DNA of 64,000 nucleotides, from NCBI RefSeq assembly GCF_963676685.1, contig NC_092353.1:620001-684000 (forward strand), written 5' to 3'. This document shows, in pieces, positions 27,901-39,900 of this stretch; position 1 is the stretch's first letter, and every line of letters begins with the position of its first letter. The notes below the pieces were generated by a model. That model was given only the letters and a program-made list of their open reading frames with translations. It made no database searches and was not told the DNA's origin. Origin of the DNA: Mytilus edulis. Lineage: Eukaryota. The position numbers and the translations under genes were made by a program.

Positions 27901-30900
27901 ATACTGATGAGAAACAATTTTATATTTTTGTAGGTTCTAGCCAAAGTAAAGTGAACCTGTCGGATGATAGTCAAAGCATATTCCATGGTGGTGCTCCTGA
28001 AGGGTAGGAATTAATGTTATTCTTATTGATACAGAGCTTTAATTGCTGTTCTTCATCTCAAAGTCACAATGGATCATGTTAACCTTTAATATACCTAATG
28101 CACTGACAGTAAATAAGTAGTAGCTAGTATTTTGGTGGAATTAAAAAAGTGCAACATTTATAAATCACTTGATAAATGTAAATCAAAAATCCTCTCAGTC
28201 GATTATCGAAACTTATTCTGTAGTTTTTTTAATTTCAACCTATACCTATTTTTTGTAAGTACTGATGAAAATGGTTACTGTATCAGGTAATTAACGTTTC
28301 CTGCAAATAATAGATTAATTTGTGATGCACAGTTTACTACAAAACAAAATGATATAAGATTGCGCAAGTTGCTTGCTATGATATTTCTCAGTTCTATTTA
28401 TAAATGTTAAGTTAGGAAGTTTGATTGTGATGTGCTTTAGGAATTTACAAGAACATATTGGACCCGATGAAATGGAGACTGCACCAGTTATGATGGAATC
28501 TCATAAAGAGAAATATGTAACAGTGCGGGCCAACTCCTGTAGACCTGCCATGAGAAGTTATAGTAGTACACCAGAAATGAGGAGTCTGTCCAATCTTCAG
28601 TGGAAAAGGTATGGTCTACCACTATATGATAAGGAAGACAATTTAAAAATATTTGGTAATGAGAATTGGAACATATTTTGGTCAATTACTTTAAGCAAAA
28701 TTTTCATTGACTTCTTCCTTCAACATTATCTAGATGGTATAAAGTTTACACTCTTAATATTCTCGAGCTATCTCCCTTTCCAAATATAAAAATAGCTGAA
28801 TTTGCCATATATTTTCAAGCATCTGTGTCCTTTGGACACATTCTTTTATTAAAGAATTGTTAAAATTACACCTTGAGAACACAACTCCTCTGTGACCTTT
28901 TTATACAAAACTCTAATTGGTATGATTTTATGCCATCCATTTATACCTGCATTTTTATGCCCCACCTACGATAGTATTATGTTTTCTGGTCTGTGGCTCC
29001 GTTCGTCTGTGCATCCGTTCAGGTTAAAGTTTTTGGTCAAGGTAGTTTTTGATGAAGCTGAAGTCCAATCAACTTGAAACTTAGTAGACTTGTTGCTTAC
29101 GATATGATCTTTCTAATTTTAAAGCCAAATTAGACTTTTGACCCCAATTTCACAGTCCACTGAACATAGAAAATGAAAATGGGAGTTTCAGGTTAAAGTT
29201 TTTGGTCAAGGTAGTTTTTGATGAAGCTGAAGTCCAATCAACTTGAAACTTAGTAAACTTGTTGCTTATGATATAATCTTTTTAATTTTGAAGCCAAATT
29301 AGACTTTTGACCCCAATTTCACGGTCCACTAAACATAGAAAATGAAAGTGGGAGTTTCAGGTTAAAGTTTTTGGTCAAGGTAGTTTTTGATAAAATTGAA
29401 GTCCAATCAACTTGAAACTTAGTACATATGTTCCCTATAGTATAATCTTTCTGATTTTAATACCAAATTAGATTATTACCCAATTTCACGGTCCATGGAA
29501 CATGGAAAAGGATAGTGCGAGTAGGGCATCCATGTACTTTGGACACATTCTTGTTTAGACTATTTTTATAGGAGTCAGTGTTCTCCCCAGGCTGTTTTAG
29601 CGTCGCGGTACCGCGACGCTATAATTATTTTTAGAATGTAATTTTTCTCGTTTCTGTATGGCAAAGCCATGTCCTAAATTGTGAACTTTCATCTAATTAC
29701 CGCTTATGATCATAAAAAAATATATCACCGTTAATTGTAATCCCTTCAAGTCAGACAATAGAGGCAATTTAAAGAGATTACATAGTGTTAATTGCCCTTT
29801 GGGTGATAACTGGTTGGATACGAATACCCCAAGCTGTCACTTGTGACATGATTAATACCACGTGGTATGCAATCGCAAATTTCGACAAGGAGAAAATTAA
29901 ATCAGAAAATCATAAAATAAAGCAAAATATATGTTTGCAAAATGAAAATTCAAAGAAACAAACATTTTTTCTCTTTTAAAAAGAGATTGAGTCTTATCTT
30001 TTTATTACTTTCAAAATATTAGTATTACTTTCTTTCTCTTCCTATTACTAGTTGTAAATCGAGAGTGAAAATTTTGATTTTGAGCTATATAAGTTTTGAA
30101 CTTTCTTTAGAAAGTGATCATAATTGGCTTAAGCTTATGTTTCATCCATTTAATGCATTAAAAACGCCATATTCATTCCCAATCTCTTGTCAAACATTAT
30201 TTTATTTTCACATTTTTCATTGCTTTCGGCGGCCATTTAATATTTTAGTGTAAACTACTGATCGGAATTGGACCAGATATGACAAAAATCTGCATTTTAC
30301 AATAATAACTACATATCCACAAATGGCACAGTTGACAGAAAACTAAGCATTAACAGACTATTTATTAGATAACTTTGTTAAACATATATATCATTTTGAT
30401 AAAAAAAAGTTTTTTAATTTAAATTTTATTGCTAAATGATACTTTCTCTTCCCTTTTTTTTGGTTATACGAACCAGTGTTTTTTCCTACATATTTAGTTC
30501 AATTGTATCTATACACATATATTTTTATTTGGCCCAAGAGGAAAAAAATAATTCTGGAACTATAAATGAATATAGAAAACATAAACTGAAAATACTGTTA
30601 TCATGGTTTTAGTTTAATTGTATTCTCAGTTATGAATTCAACAACATAGACAGTGGCGGATCCAGAAATTTTCATAAGAGGGGGCCCACCGACTAACCTA
30701 AAGGGGGGCCCGCTCCAGTCCAATTTATGACAAAAATAAGCAAAGACCCATCGAAACAACATCTGATAAACAAATTTAATAATACTTTTAGATATTTGGA
30801 TGATATTTTGGCTCTCAATAATGACGACTTCAGTATGTATATTAATGAAATTTATCCTGTTGAACTTACTTTAAATAAAGCTAATACTAACAATGACCAC

Positions 30901-33900
30901 TGCCCTTTTCTCGATCTTGATATCTATATCACTAATGGAAAGCTGAATACTAAAATTTATGATAAAAGGGAGGATTTTTCATTTCCTATCGTTAATTATC
31001 CGTTTTTAGATGGTGACGTTCCCTTGTCACCATCTTACGGTGTTTATATATCTCAACTTGTACGATTCGCTCGTGTATGTAACAATGTTTTAGATTTTAA
31101 CGAGAGAAATTTATGTATTACTGAAAAATTATTACACCAGGGTTTTCGATATCACAAACTAGTCAAAACATTTACTAAATTTTATCATCGGTATAAAGAC
31201 ATCATTCGTAAATATAGCTCAACATGCAGACTTCTAATACGTTCAGGTATTTCACATCCAATTTTTTATGGTAATATTCTTTATAAAGCACAAAGGTGTC
31301 AGTATTCACCTCAGAAACTTACAAAACCTTTGAATAGACTTATTAAGAAGGGATATAATTACGATACTGTTGTCAAGTCATTAAAGATTGCATATTTTGG
31401 CGTTAATATTGAGTCACTGATAAGGTCTTTGCATTGGAACTAAACACATTTATTCTAAAAACAGTTGTTGGCATGACACGGGTTATGTTCTTCTCATATA
31501 TGTTATGATGGTATGATACTAAACCCCTAACGGGAAGGATTGTGCCTGATGTTCATATGATGAAATCATAATCTTTCAGTCAGTTTAGTTGAAGTCTGGA
31601 GCTGGCATGACAGTTAACTGCTAGTAGTCTGTTGTTATTTATGTATTATTGTCATTTTGTTTATTTTCTTTGGTTACATCTTCTGACATCAGACTCGGAT
31701 TTCTCTTGAACTGAATTTTAATGTGCGTATTGTTATGCGTTTACTTTACTACATTGGTTAGAGGTATAGGGGGAGGGTTGAGATCTCACAAACATGTTTA
31801 ACCCCGCCGCATTTTTGCGCCTGTCCCAAGTCAGGAGCCTCTGGCCTTTGTTAGTCTTGTATTATTTTAATTTTAGTTTCTTGTGTACAATTTGGAAATT
31901 AGTATGGCGTTCATTATCACTGGACTAGTATATATTTGTTTAGGGGCCAGCTGAAGGACGCCTCCGGGTGCGGGAATTTCTCGCTACATTGAAGACCTGT
32001 TGGTGACCCTCTGCTGTTGTTTTTTATTTGGGCGGGTTGTTGTCTCTTTGACACATTCCCCATTTCCATTCTCAATTTTATCAGTGATTCCCTATATAAG
32101 CAACCAAATTTTTTCCCAAAAAAGGGGGGGCCCAGGCCCCCTGGGCCCCCCTAAGTCAGCCTCTGCTAGACACAAAGAATAGGGTGGAATAGAATATTTT
32201 ATTCACCAAATAAGGGCCTATAGCATACAAACAATATAATACATTTTGTAATAAACAATAAAATATATAACATAAAGGAAATAGAGCATTACCACGACGC
32301 GACAAATTGCATTGAAAAAAAATACAATTTATTTTTTACGCCAAATGTGATGCTATCCAAAATTTCTGGGGAATACACTGGGAGTCATGGTACTAAGACT
32401 CGTTTTTCATATATATTTAAAAGGTATTTTGAGAATAAAAAACAACACAACTCCTCTGAGAAGAAATGACAGAAAGCTTTCATGCTTAATACAATTGTTT
32501 GCTATAATATGTAGTGAAAGCTTTGCAGACGTCCATCTGTTTTTTGTTGTTGCAAATATTCATTTTATACTTGTCTCAGCTACATGTCGCCAGGTAAATA
32601 TAAAAAAGAAGATGTGGTATCATTGCCAATGAGACAACTGTCCACAAGATACCAAAATGACACAGACATTGACAACTATAGGTCACCGTACGGCCTTCAA
32701 CAATGAGCAAAGCCCATACCGCATAGTCAGCTATAAAAGGCCCTGATAAGACAATGTAAAACAATTCAAACAAGAAAACTAACGGCCTTATTTATATAAA
32801 AAAAATGAACAAAAAACCAATATGTAACACATAAAAAAGCGACAGCCACTGAATTACAGGCTTCTGACTTGGGACAGGCACATACATAAATAATATGGCG
32901 GAGTTAAACATGTTAGCGGGATCCCAACTCTCCCCATACCTGGGACAGTGGTATAACAGTACAACATAAGAACGAACTATAAAAATCAGTTGAAAAAGGT
33001 TTAACTCATCAGATGGACAAAAATACAAGTGGACGTGGCCGGGTACTTATACATCCGACACAAAAAGACACAATGAACAGATCTGAGAATACTCACAGTG
33101 ATCTGACAGCTAGTTCAAATACACTAAAAACTAATAAAAAAAATCATGCATCTAAGACTAAACTATCAATCCGTACCCATCCAACATCCAATGGATTTAG
33201 TGTAAAGACATCATAAACAGCCAGAGAAAAACATGACCTTGTGCAATGCCAAGTTCCAGGTATTACACAAACTCAATTTGTGATAGTTAAACTCTTAATG
33301 GACGTCCAAAATCTTCAGATACAATACAGTTATCTATTAATTCTATTATTGTTGTCACAGGAAAGACATTGGTGTACCACAGAGAGTAAGGAAGCTTAAT
33401 TTACCATTCACAACAACAGCTGAGGAAGAAGAAGATGAAGAGGGAGTTGAAGATATGGATACAATGGCTGGTTTTACTCCACTAGAACCTCAGGCTAGTT
33501 GTAAGTAAAATACCTTGAAAAAGCCTCAGGCTAGTTGTAAGTAAATTACCCCTTTAGAGCCTCAGGCTTGCTCTAAATAAATTACCCCATTAGAGCCTCA
33601 GGTTAACTGTAAATGAATTAACCTATTAGAACCTCAGGCTAGTTGTAAGTAAAATACCCCACTTGAACCTCAGGCTAATTGTAAGTACCGGTAAACTACC
33701 CACTAGAACATCAGGCTAGTTGCAAGTCAAATATCCCCACTAGGGCCTCAGGCTAGTTGTAAGCAAAATACCACACTAGATTTACAGGTAATATAAAATT
33801 ATGGAGATGTGGTATGATTGCCAATGAGACAACTATCCAACAAAAAAATGATTCATTTTACTTTTTTGTGAACAAGAACTTCCCCACAAGTTGTGGGTAG

Positions 33901-36900
33901 TAAGATATTTGAAACACGTATGAAGGATTCTTGCAAGAATTCCATGCCTTTCAGACAAGACACAGCTGACTTCGACCTTATTTTGTGGTTCAGCGATCAA
34001 GGTTCAGATTTTGTGATCTAGTTCCTATCTCAGATACTACTGTATTAGTTGTAAATATTGATTGTAATGTGTATATGTCTATCTGGCAGGTTTAATCTGA
34101 TCTTGACCTCATTTTCATGGTTCATTGATCAATGTTAAGTTATTAAAGTTATGATTGTATTAAACCTGTATCTTAAAGACTCAATAAAAGATAAATCATG
34201 ATCAGTACATCAGCCTAGATATTTCACCTTGTATACTCTTGTTTCTTTCAGCAACCTTTGTTTCAATGACCACTGCTCAGAGTAGTGGTTACCAGTCTAT
34301 GATGGAGACAACTATTCCACTGGAAACAGGCAACCAGTTTGAAAATAACCTATTTCATTCTGGAAAACAAGAATTTGACTTGTCAGGAATACATCCTCAA
34401 AAACAAGCATTTGACTTGTCAGAAATTCATCCTCAGAAACAAACATTTAACTTGTCAGGAATTCATCCTCAAAAACAGATTTTAGACATGTCTGGAATTC
34501 ATCTCCAACGGCAGACATGTGACTTGTCAGGAATTCTTTCTCAACGGCAGACATGTGATTTGTCATCAAGGCAATCCAAATCGTTGAAGGAACCCACAAA
34601 GTCTGACAATGTTTCATTGTTACAACCAAATGGACGACCACAGATTATGAAAAGTCAAGCGTTACCTGACACAAAATCTAATTTGGTGTCATCTAACCAA
34701 GTTTCTGCCAATCCAACACCCAGCAGAGGTGCCTCTAGAGTTGTTACACCAAACCAAATGTCAGACTTTCCTACATTGAGCAGAGGTGGTCCTATAGTGG
34801 TTTCACCAAACCAAGTATCAGGCAATCCTACACCCCATGGAGGTGCTCCTAGAGTGGTCACTCCAAACCAAGTGTCAGCTAATCCTACACCCAACAGGGC
34901 GGCTCCTAAAGTGGTTACACCAAACCAGGTGTCAGCCAACCTCCATCCTAACAGAAGAGTTCCTGAATTACCAACACCTAATAGATCTATTGAACCTACA
35001 CCTAGTAAACATGTTATGTAAGTACTGATAGGATACATCATTGAATTGTTGTCCTGAATATGCATAAATATTTGAAACTGGACATAAAAAAAAAACAATA
35101 ATATTTGACAGTTACATATCATTGACCAGGGTCCACACTGTTAACTGTGTAACATTGACAAAAATCTTCTTTGAGACCACTGGACAAATTTTTCTAATTT
35201 ATTTGATCACCTACCCATACTCATCCAGATTTATTTTAGACTTACAAAGCCTAGCAAGAGTTAAAAGAATAAAATGGTAATGACTTGAGATGCATATTAG
35301 GCCAAAAATAAAATATTGTTTGTTTCCCCTCCCACCACCGACCGGTAAAATCGCTGCGACTCGAAAATTTTTATTGGCCATTCTTGTCCAAAATTTTTTT
35401 TTTGGTATGTTGGTTTTTGGTGATATCTTTTCGATGCTGTAGTAAACGTGCGTTAGTTTTTGGAAAGTTTGCTATAGCTTGCTATAGCAATAAACTTTCT
35501 TAAGGCATCGGCCTAACCGGAAAAGAGACAGCCTAACTTACTTTAGGAAGTGTGTCCTACTTCAAGATAATGTAGTACTGGTGTTTGAAAACTAATAATA
35601 GAAAGATGCTTTTGAAATTTTGAGCTCTTCTATTTTAATAGCATACAGCTTGAATAAAAAATGCACTGAATTTTCATTGATAAATCAAATAATTCAACTT
35701 CATTTGAAAGACGAACAAAAACTACTCCGCGGATCTGCGCTACGCGGAAAGTAAAATCAATACACACACGAGACAGCAGTTTCTACGTTATGATTTTATC
35801 CGTATTCTTCACACATGCGTCAGATTCATATATGTGTGCCTCCAAACGGGAGTACTACAATCCCGGTTTCAAATGTTTCCTCCGGTTGAAGAGAAAATTA
35901 ATAGCGTGTTTAAAATATTTCATGAATGAACATTTTTCGTCGCTTTATACTACGATTTTTACAAATTTCTATTCAATATGTAAAAGCCCGAGAGTATCGG
36001 AAGTATCATGGTATCTCATCTGATATCGGCCCACAACAAACTCGGACTATAATAAACTCGGCCTTTTACATATTCGGCATAAGAAATCGGACTATAACAA
36101 AAATCGTAATTATACTAATTGCTATTAAGACTCCTAAACAAAGTTTTTGCTTATTTCTTATTATTTTTCTCCTTGGGGTCTATTTAGTTGTATTTTGAGG
36201 GGCCAACAGAAGGGAGGAATTTACTAAAGAACCCTAAGGGATTTTTTTTTTAATTTTCAATAACAATAATAAATTATAAACTTGAAGAAAACAGTAAGTG
36301 ACAGACACACATGGTTTTCAGTAATGATCACAGGACCATAAAACAAATCAAATTAATTAAATTTAGGTTGAGTCCATGGTGTCACCCCACCTAACCCCTC
36401 ATGTTTGAATACTTAAAAACAGTCAGATCCCCACTCCTAAACATTATATGTTCTTTATATGTTACAATAAAACAAATCAGATGAAATAAAAGGCGAGTCC
36501 CCTGGGGTCACTCTCACCCCCTGGTTTTTTGAGAACTTATTAACAGTTGAGACTTCAACCAATATACCATATATATTATTGTATGGGACAATGAAATAAA
36601 TCAAATGAAATATAGAGGAACTCCAGAGGGGTCAGTCACCCCACCCATAAACCATATGTATTTTTGTATGTGTCAACAAAACAAATCAAATGAAATAAAG
36701 TGGGTGTCCCTTTGGGTCAGCCCCAACCCCTCATGTCTGGGAACTTGTAAACGGTCGAGATCCCCACCCCTAAACCATATATATTTTTGTATAGGGCAAC
36801 AAAACAAATTCAATGAAATAAAGTGGGAGTCCCTTTGGGTCAGCCCCACCCCCTCATGTCTGAGAACTTGTAAACGGTCGAGATCCCCACCCCTAAACCA

Positions 36901-39900
36901 TATATATTTTTGTATAGGGCAACAAAACAAATCAAATGAAATAAAGTGGGTGTCCCTTTGGGTCAGCCCCACCCCTCATGTCTGAGAACTTGTAAACGGT
37001 CGAGATCCCCACCCCTAAACCATATATATTTTTGTATAGGGCAACAAAACAAATTCAATGAAATAAAGTGGGAGTCCCTTTGGGTCAGCCCCACCCCCTC
37101 ATGTCTGAGAACATGTAAACGGTTGAGATCCCCACCCCTAAACCATATATATTTTTGTATAGGGCAACAAAACAAATCAAATGAAATAAAGTGGGAGTCC
37201 CTTTGGGTCAGCCCCACCCCTTCATGTCTGAGAACTTGTAAACGGTCGAGATCCCCACCCCTAAACCATATCTATTTTTGTATAGGGCAACAAAACAAAT
37301 TCAATGAAATAAAGTGGGAGTCCCTTTGGGTCAGCCCCACCCCCTGTTGTTTGACAACTTGGAAATGGTCAAGATCCCCTCCCCTTAACCATATATATTC
37401 TTGTACTGGACAATAAAACAAATCAAATTCAAAAGAAGGCGAGTCCCTAGGGGTCACTCCCATCCCCTTGTTGTTTGAGAACTTGTAAACGGCTGAGATC
37501 CACACCCACAAACCATATATATTTTTGTATGAGAAAATAAAATAAATCAAAATGAAATATAGAAGAAGTCCACAGGGGTGACCCAACCAACTTTTTTTGG
37601 AAAACTTATACAGTCGAGATGATCACCACCAAACCATATATATTCTATTTTATGGGGCAACAAAACAAAACCAATGAAATATAGTGGGAGTACCTCTGAG
37701 TCATCCCCAACCCCTCATGTTTGAGAACTTGTAAACGGTTGAGATCCCCAACCCTTAATCATAAATATTCTTGTATTGGACAATAAAACGAATAAAGTGA
37801 AATATAATTAAGTCCCTCTTTGTAACCCCACCCCATCCTGTTTTGAGAACTTGTAAACAGTCAAGATCCACCCCCTTTTCGAAAACTTGAAAACTGTTGA
37901 AATCCCCACACTGAAACAACATATAGTCTTGTACGGAATAATAAAACAAATCAGATGAAATAAAAGGCTAGTCCCCTAGGGCCACTCTTACCCTACCTCC
38001 TGCCTGTTTGAGAACTTGTAAACTGTCTAGATCCCCACCCCCAAATCATGAATATCACTTTACTAGACGGGACCAATTTGTATTGGACTTTGCTTAATGT
38101 CAGGCGACCCGTGGGAATGACTAATTTTGAGAGCTTTGTTTGGGAGACTTCGTAGCAGCATCCTGTTACAATTATTTCTTGATAAAGTTTTTTCTTTTTT
38201 AAGTAGGAAAAAAAGGTAACCATGCAATCTACACACTATCTATTTCAAATATTACAATCTACAGTTGCAAACTTTCCACAGGTGCTATCCAGCACTTTGA
38301 TTTGTCATACCTTTTGCTGTAGTCAACAAGCGTTTTAAATCAAGGCATTTTTGCATTGAAGCGTCTATATGATTCGGAATCAAGGAAAACAAACATCACA
38401 CGATTTGTGTTGTGTGCAAGGGTGATATTTGAAAATAAAAAATCTGAAGAACCTTTCAACCCACTGAGTGCACCTTGATTGGCTTTGTCTTTTACCTCTG
38501 TTCCTGTTTAAGGATGTTCGCTGCTCAGTTTCAAAATAAATAACTTTTCATAAAACTAATATGTATTGATAGGTAATAAATTGAGGAATCCAAAAAGCAA
38601 AAAAAATATAGGGGTCAATGTGCTTGTTTTAGAGACATTAGTCATTGAAATTTTGGCGGGAAAATGTTCTCTCTTGATTTTTCATAGCTTTATCATTGAA
38701 CAGTTAAAGTTCTCAAATACTATTAAAAAATAAATGAAATTTTATAAGACTTTTACAAATGACTTATAATTATACACGTAAAAGATTTATAAAAAGAAAA
38801 ATGGGGGTTCATGGGCAAAATTGTTTAAGGCATTCAAATGGTTAAAACCAGAGGATTCCGAAAATCTGACAAAAATTCCAAAACATGACAAGCAGACATC
38901 CTTAAGGGATAAAATCTTTGAGTAAATATGGTCTGAATCGTGCTTTGAAATCAATCTACTTTGTCTTCACTTCGAACAGGTTGGGCACAAGTCAGAAAAT
39001 GTTGGATACCTGATTGAATTCCCTGCTTTCAGGGAACCTCCCTGATTTCTGGTGTAAACAAGACCCGTTTAAATGTGTTTTTATTATTCAATTTATGGCA
39101 TGAAATTTACAAAAGGGCTCGTTTTACGTTATTACTGCATCAGTTGAATTTGTAAATACTCATAAGTATTCTAGGAACAACAAAACATGAATAAGTGAAG
39201 CCTTGTTTTTTCTAGAACTCGAAAAAACATACAAATCTTTTGTTTAGGAATTAATTGACCAAGCTGCATGATCCAGGTGTAACTGAACATCACTGAATTA
39301 TATTCACTTCTATTGAAAATTTTTATTCATTGAATTTTAATTCCCAAGTCATTAACATATCTTTTTGTCATCTCATAATTGATGATCAATGTATGGATTG
39401 GTGAACACAGGAATTGTTTTGTTGTGAGTTATGCATCAAATTAGACTTGAAATAAGCTTGATTTTTAACTAATTAAACACTTGCTTTCATTAAACATTGT
39501 TATCACATGAAGAATGTGTGCTTTTGTAGATTTTATACCTTAGAATAAATAGGAAAAAAAATGAGTCCCTGTATACAGTTTTTAACACCAGAAACCTGGG
39601 ATGTACACTGAAATCAGGGAATACCCCACTTTTCTTGACTTATCTTACCTATTGAATTTTGTAAAAATTCAATATAGAAAAATTATATCAAGAAATAAAA
39701 TAAAATAATTTACCTACCTACCTATCCATACCCTGATAACCTCTGTGAATCATTTATTTTCTTAAATTAAGGAAAACTTACATGTTCGTGAATATCTAAT
39801 TTCGTGGTTCTGCCAAAGTCTACATACATGCCTAAATAGATTTTTTTTACCGAGGGTATAGTTTGCCGGCCTAGATGGTCAAGAGACCCGCGGTAGCCCG

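Larger units (their letters stand above)
30651..32165. mobile_element. Short MITE (cagtggcggat..tcagcctctg) split by the Penelope-like fragment
   Basis: GC-rich halves at 30651-30720 and 32083-32165, imperfect TIRs, flanks ataga/ctaga. Confidence 0.6.
29576..32380. mobile_element. Non-autonomous DNA transposon (CAG..CTG ends, 5-bp TSD; hAT5-like) hosting nested elements
   Basis: TIR cagtgttctccccag / ctggggaatacactg; TSD ggagt at 29571-29575 and 32381-32385. Confidence 0.75.

Noticed and set aside
32975-33060. CTGATGA on the - strand suggesting a hammerhead ribozyme or C/D box
   Set aside because: No GAAA core after a stem II, and insufficient support for a snoRNA.
34655-35122. 155-aa minus-strand ORF
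   Set aside because: Antisense shadow of the repetitive TTK exon.
36605-37586. ORFs of 84-156 aa with repeated peptides
   Set aside because: Products of a 120-bp (multiple of 3) tandem repeat, open on both strands, with no splice or homology support.
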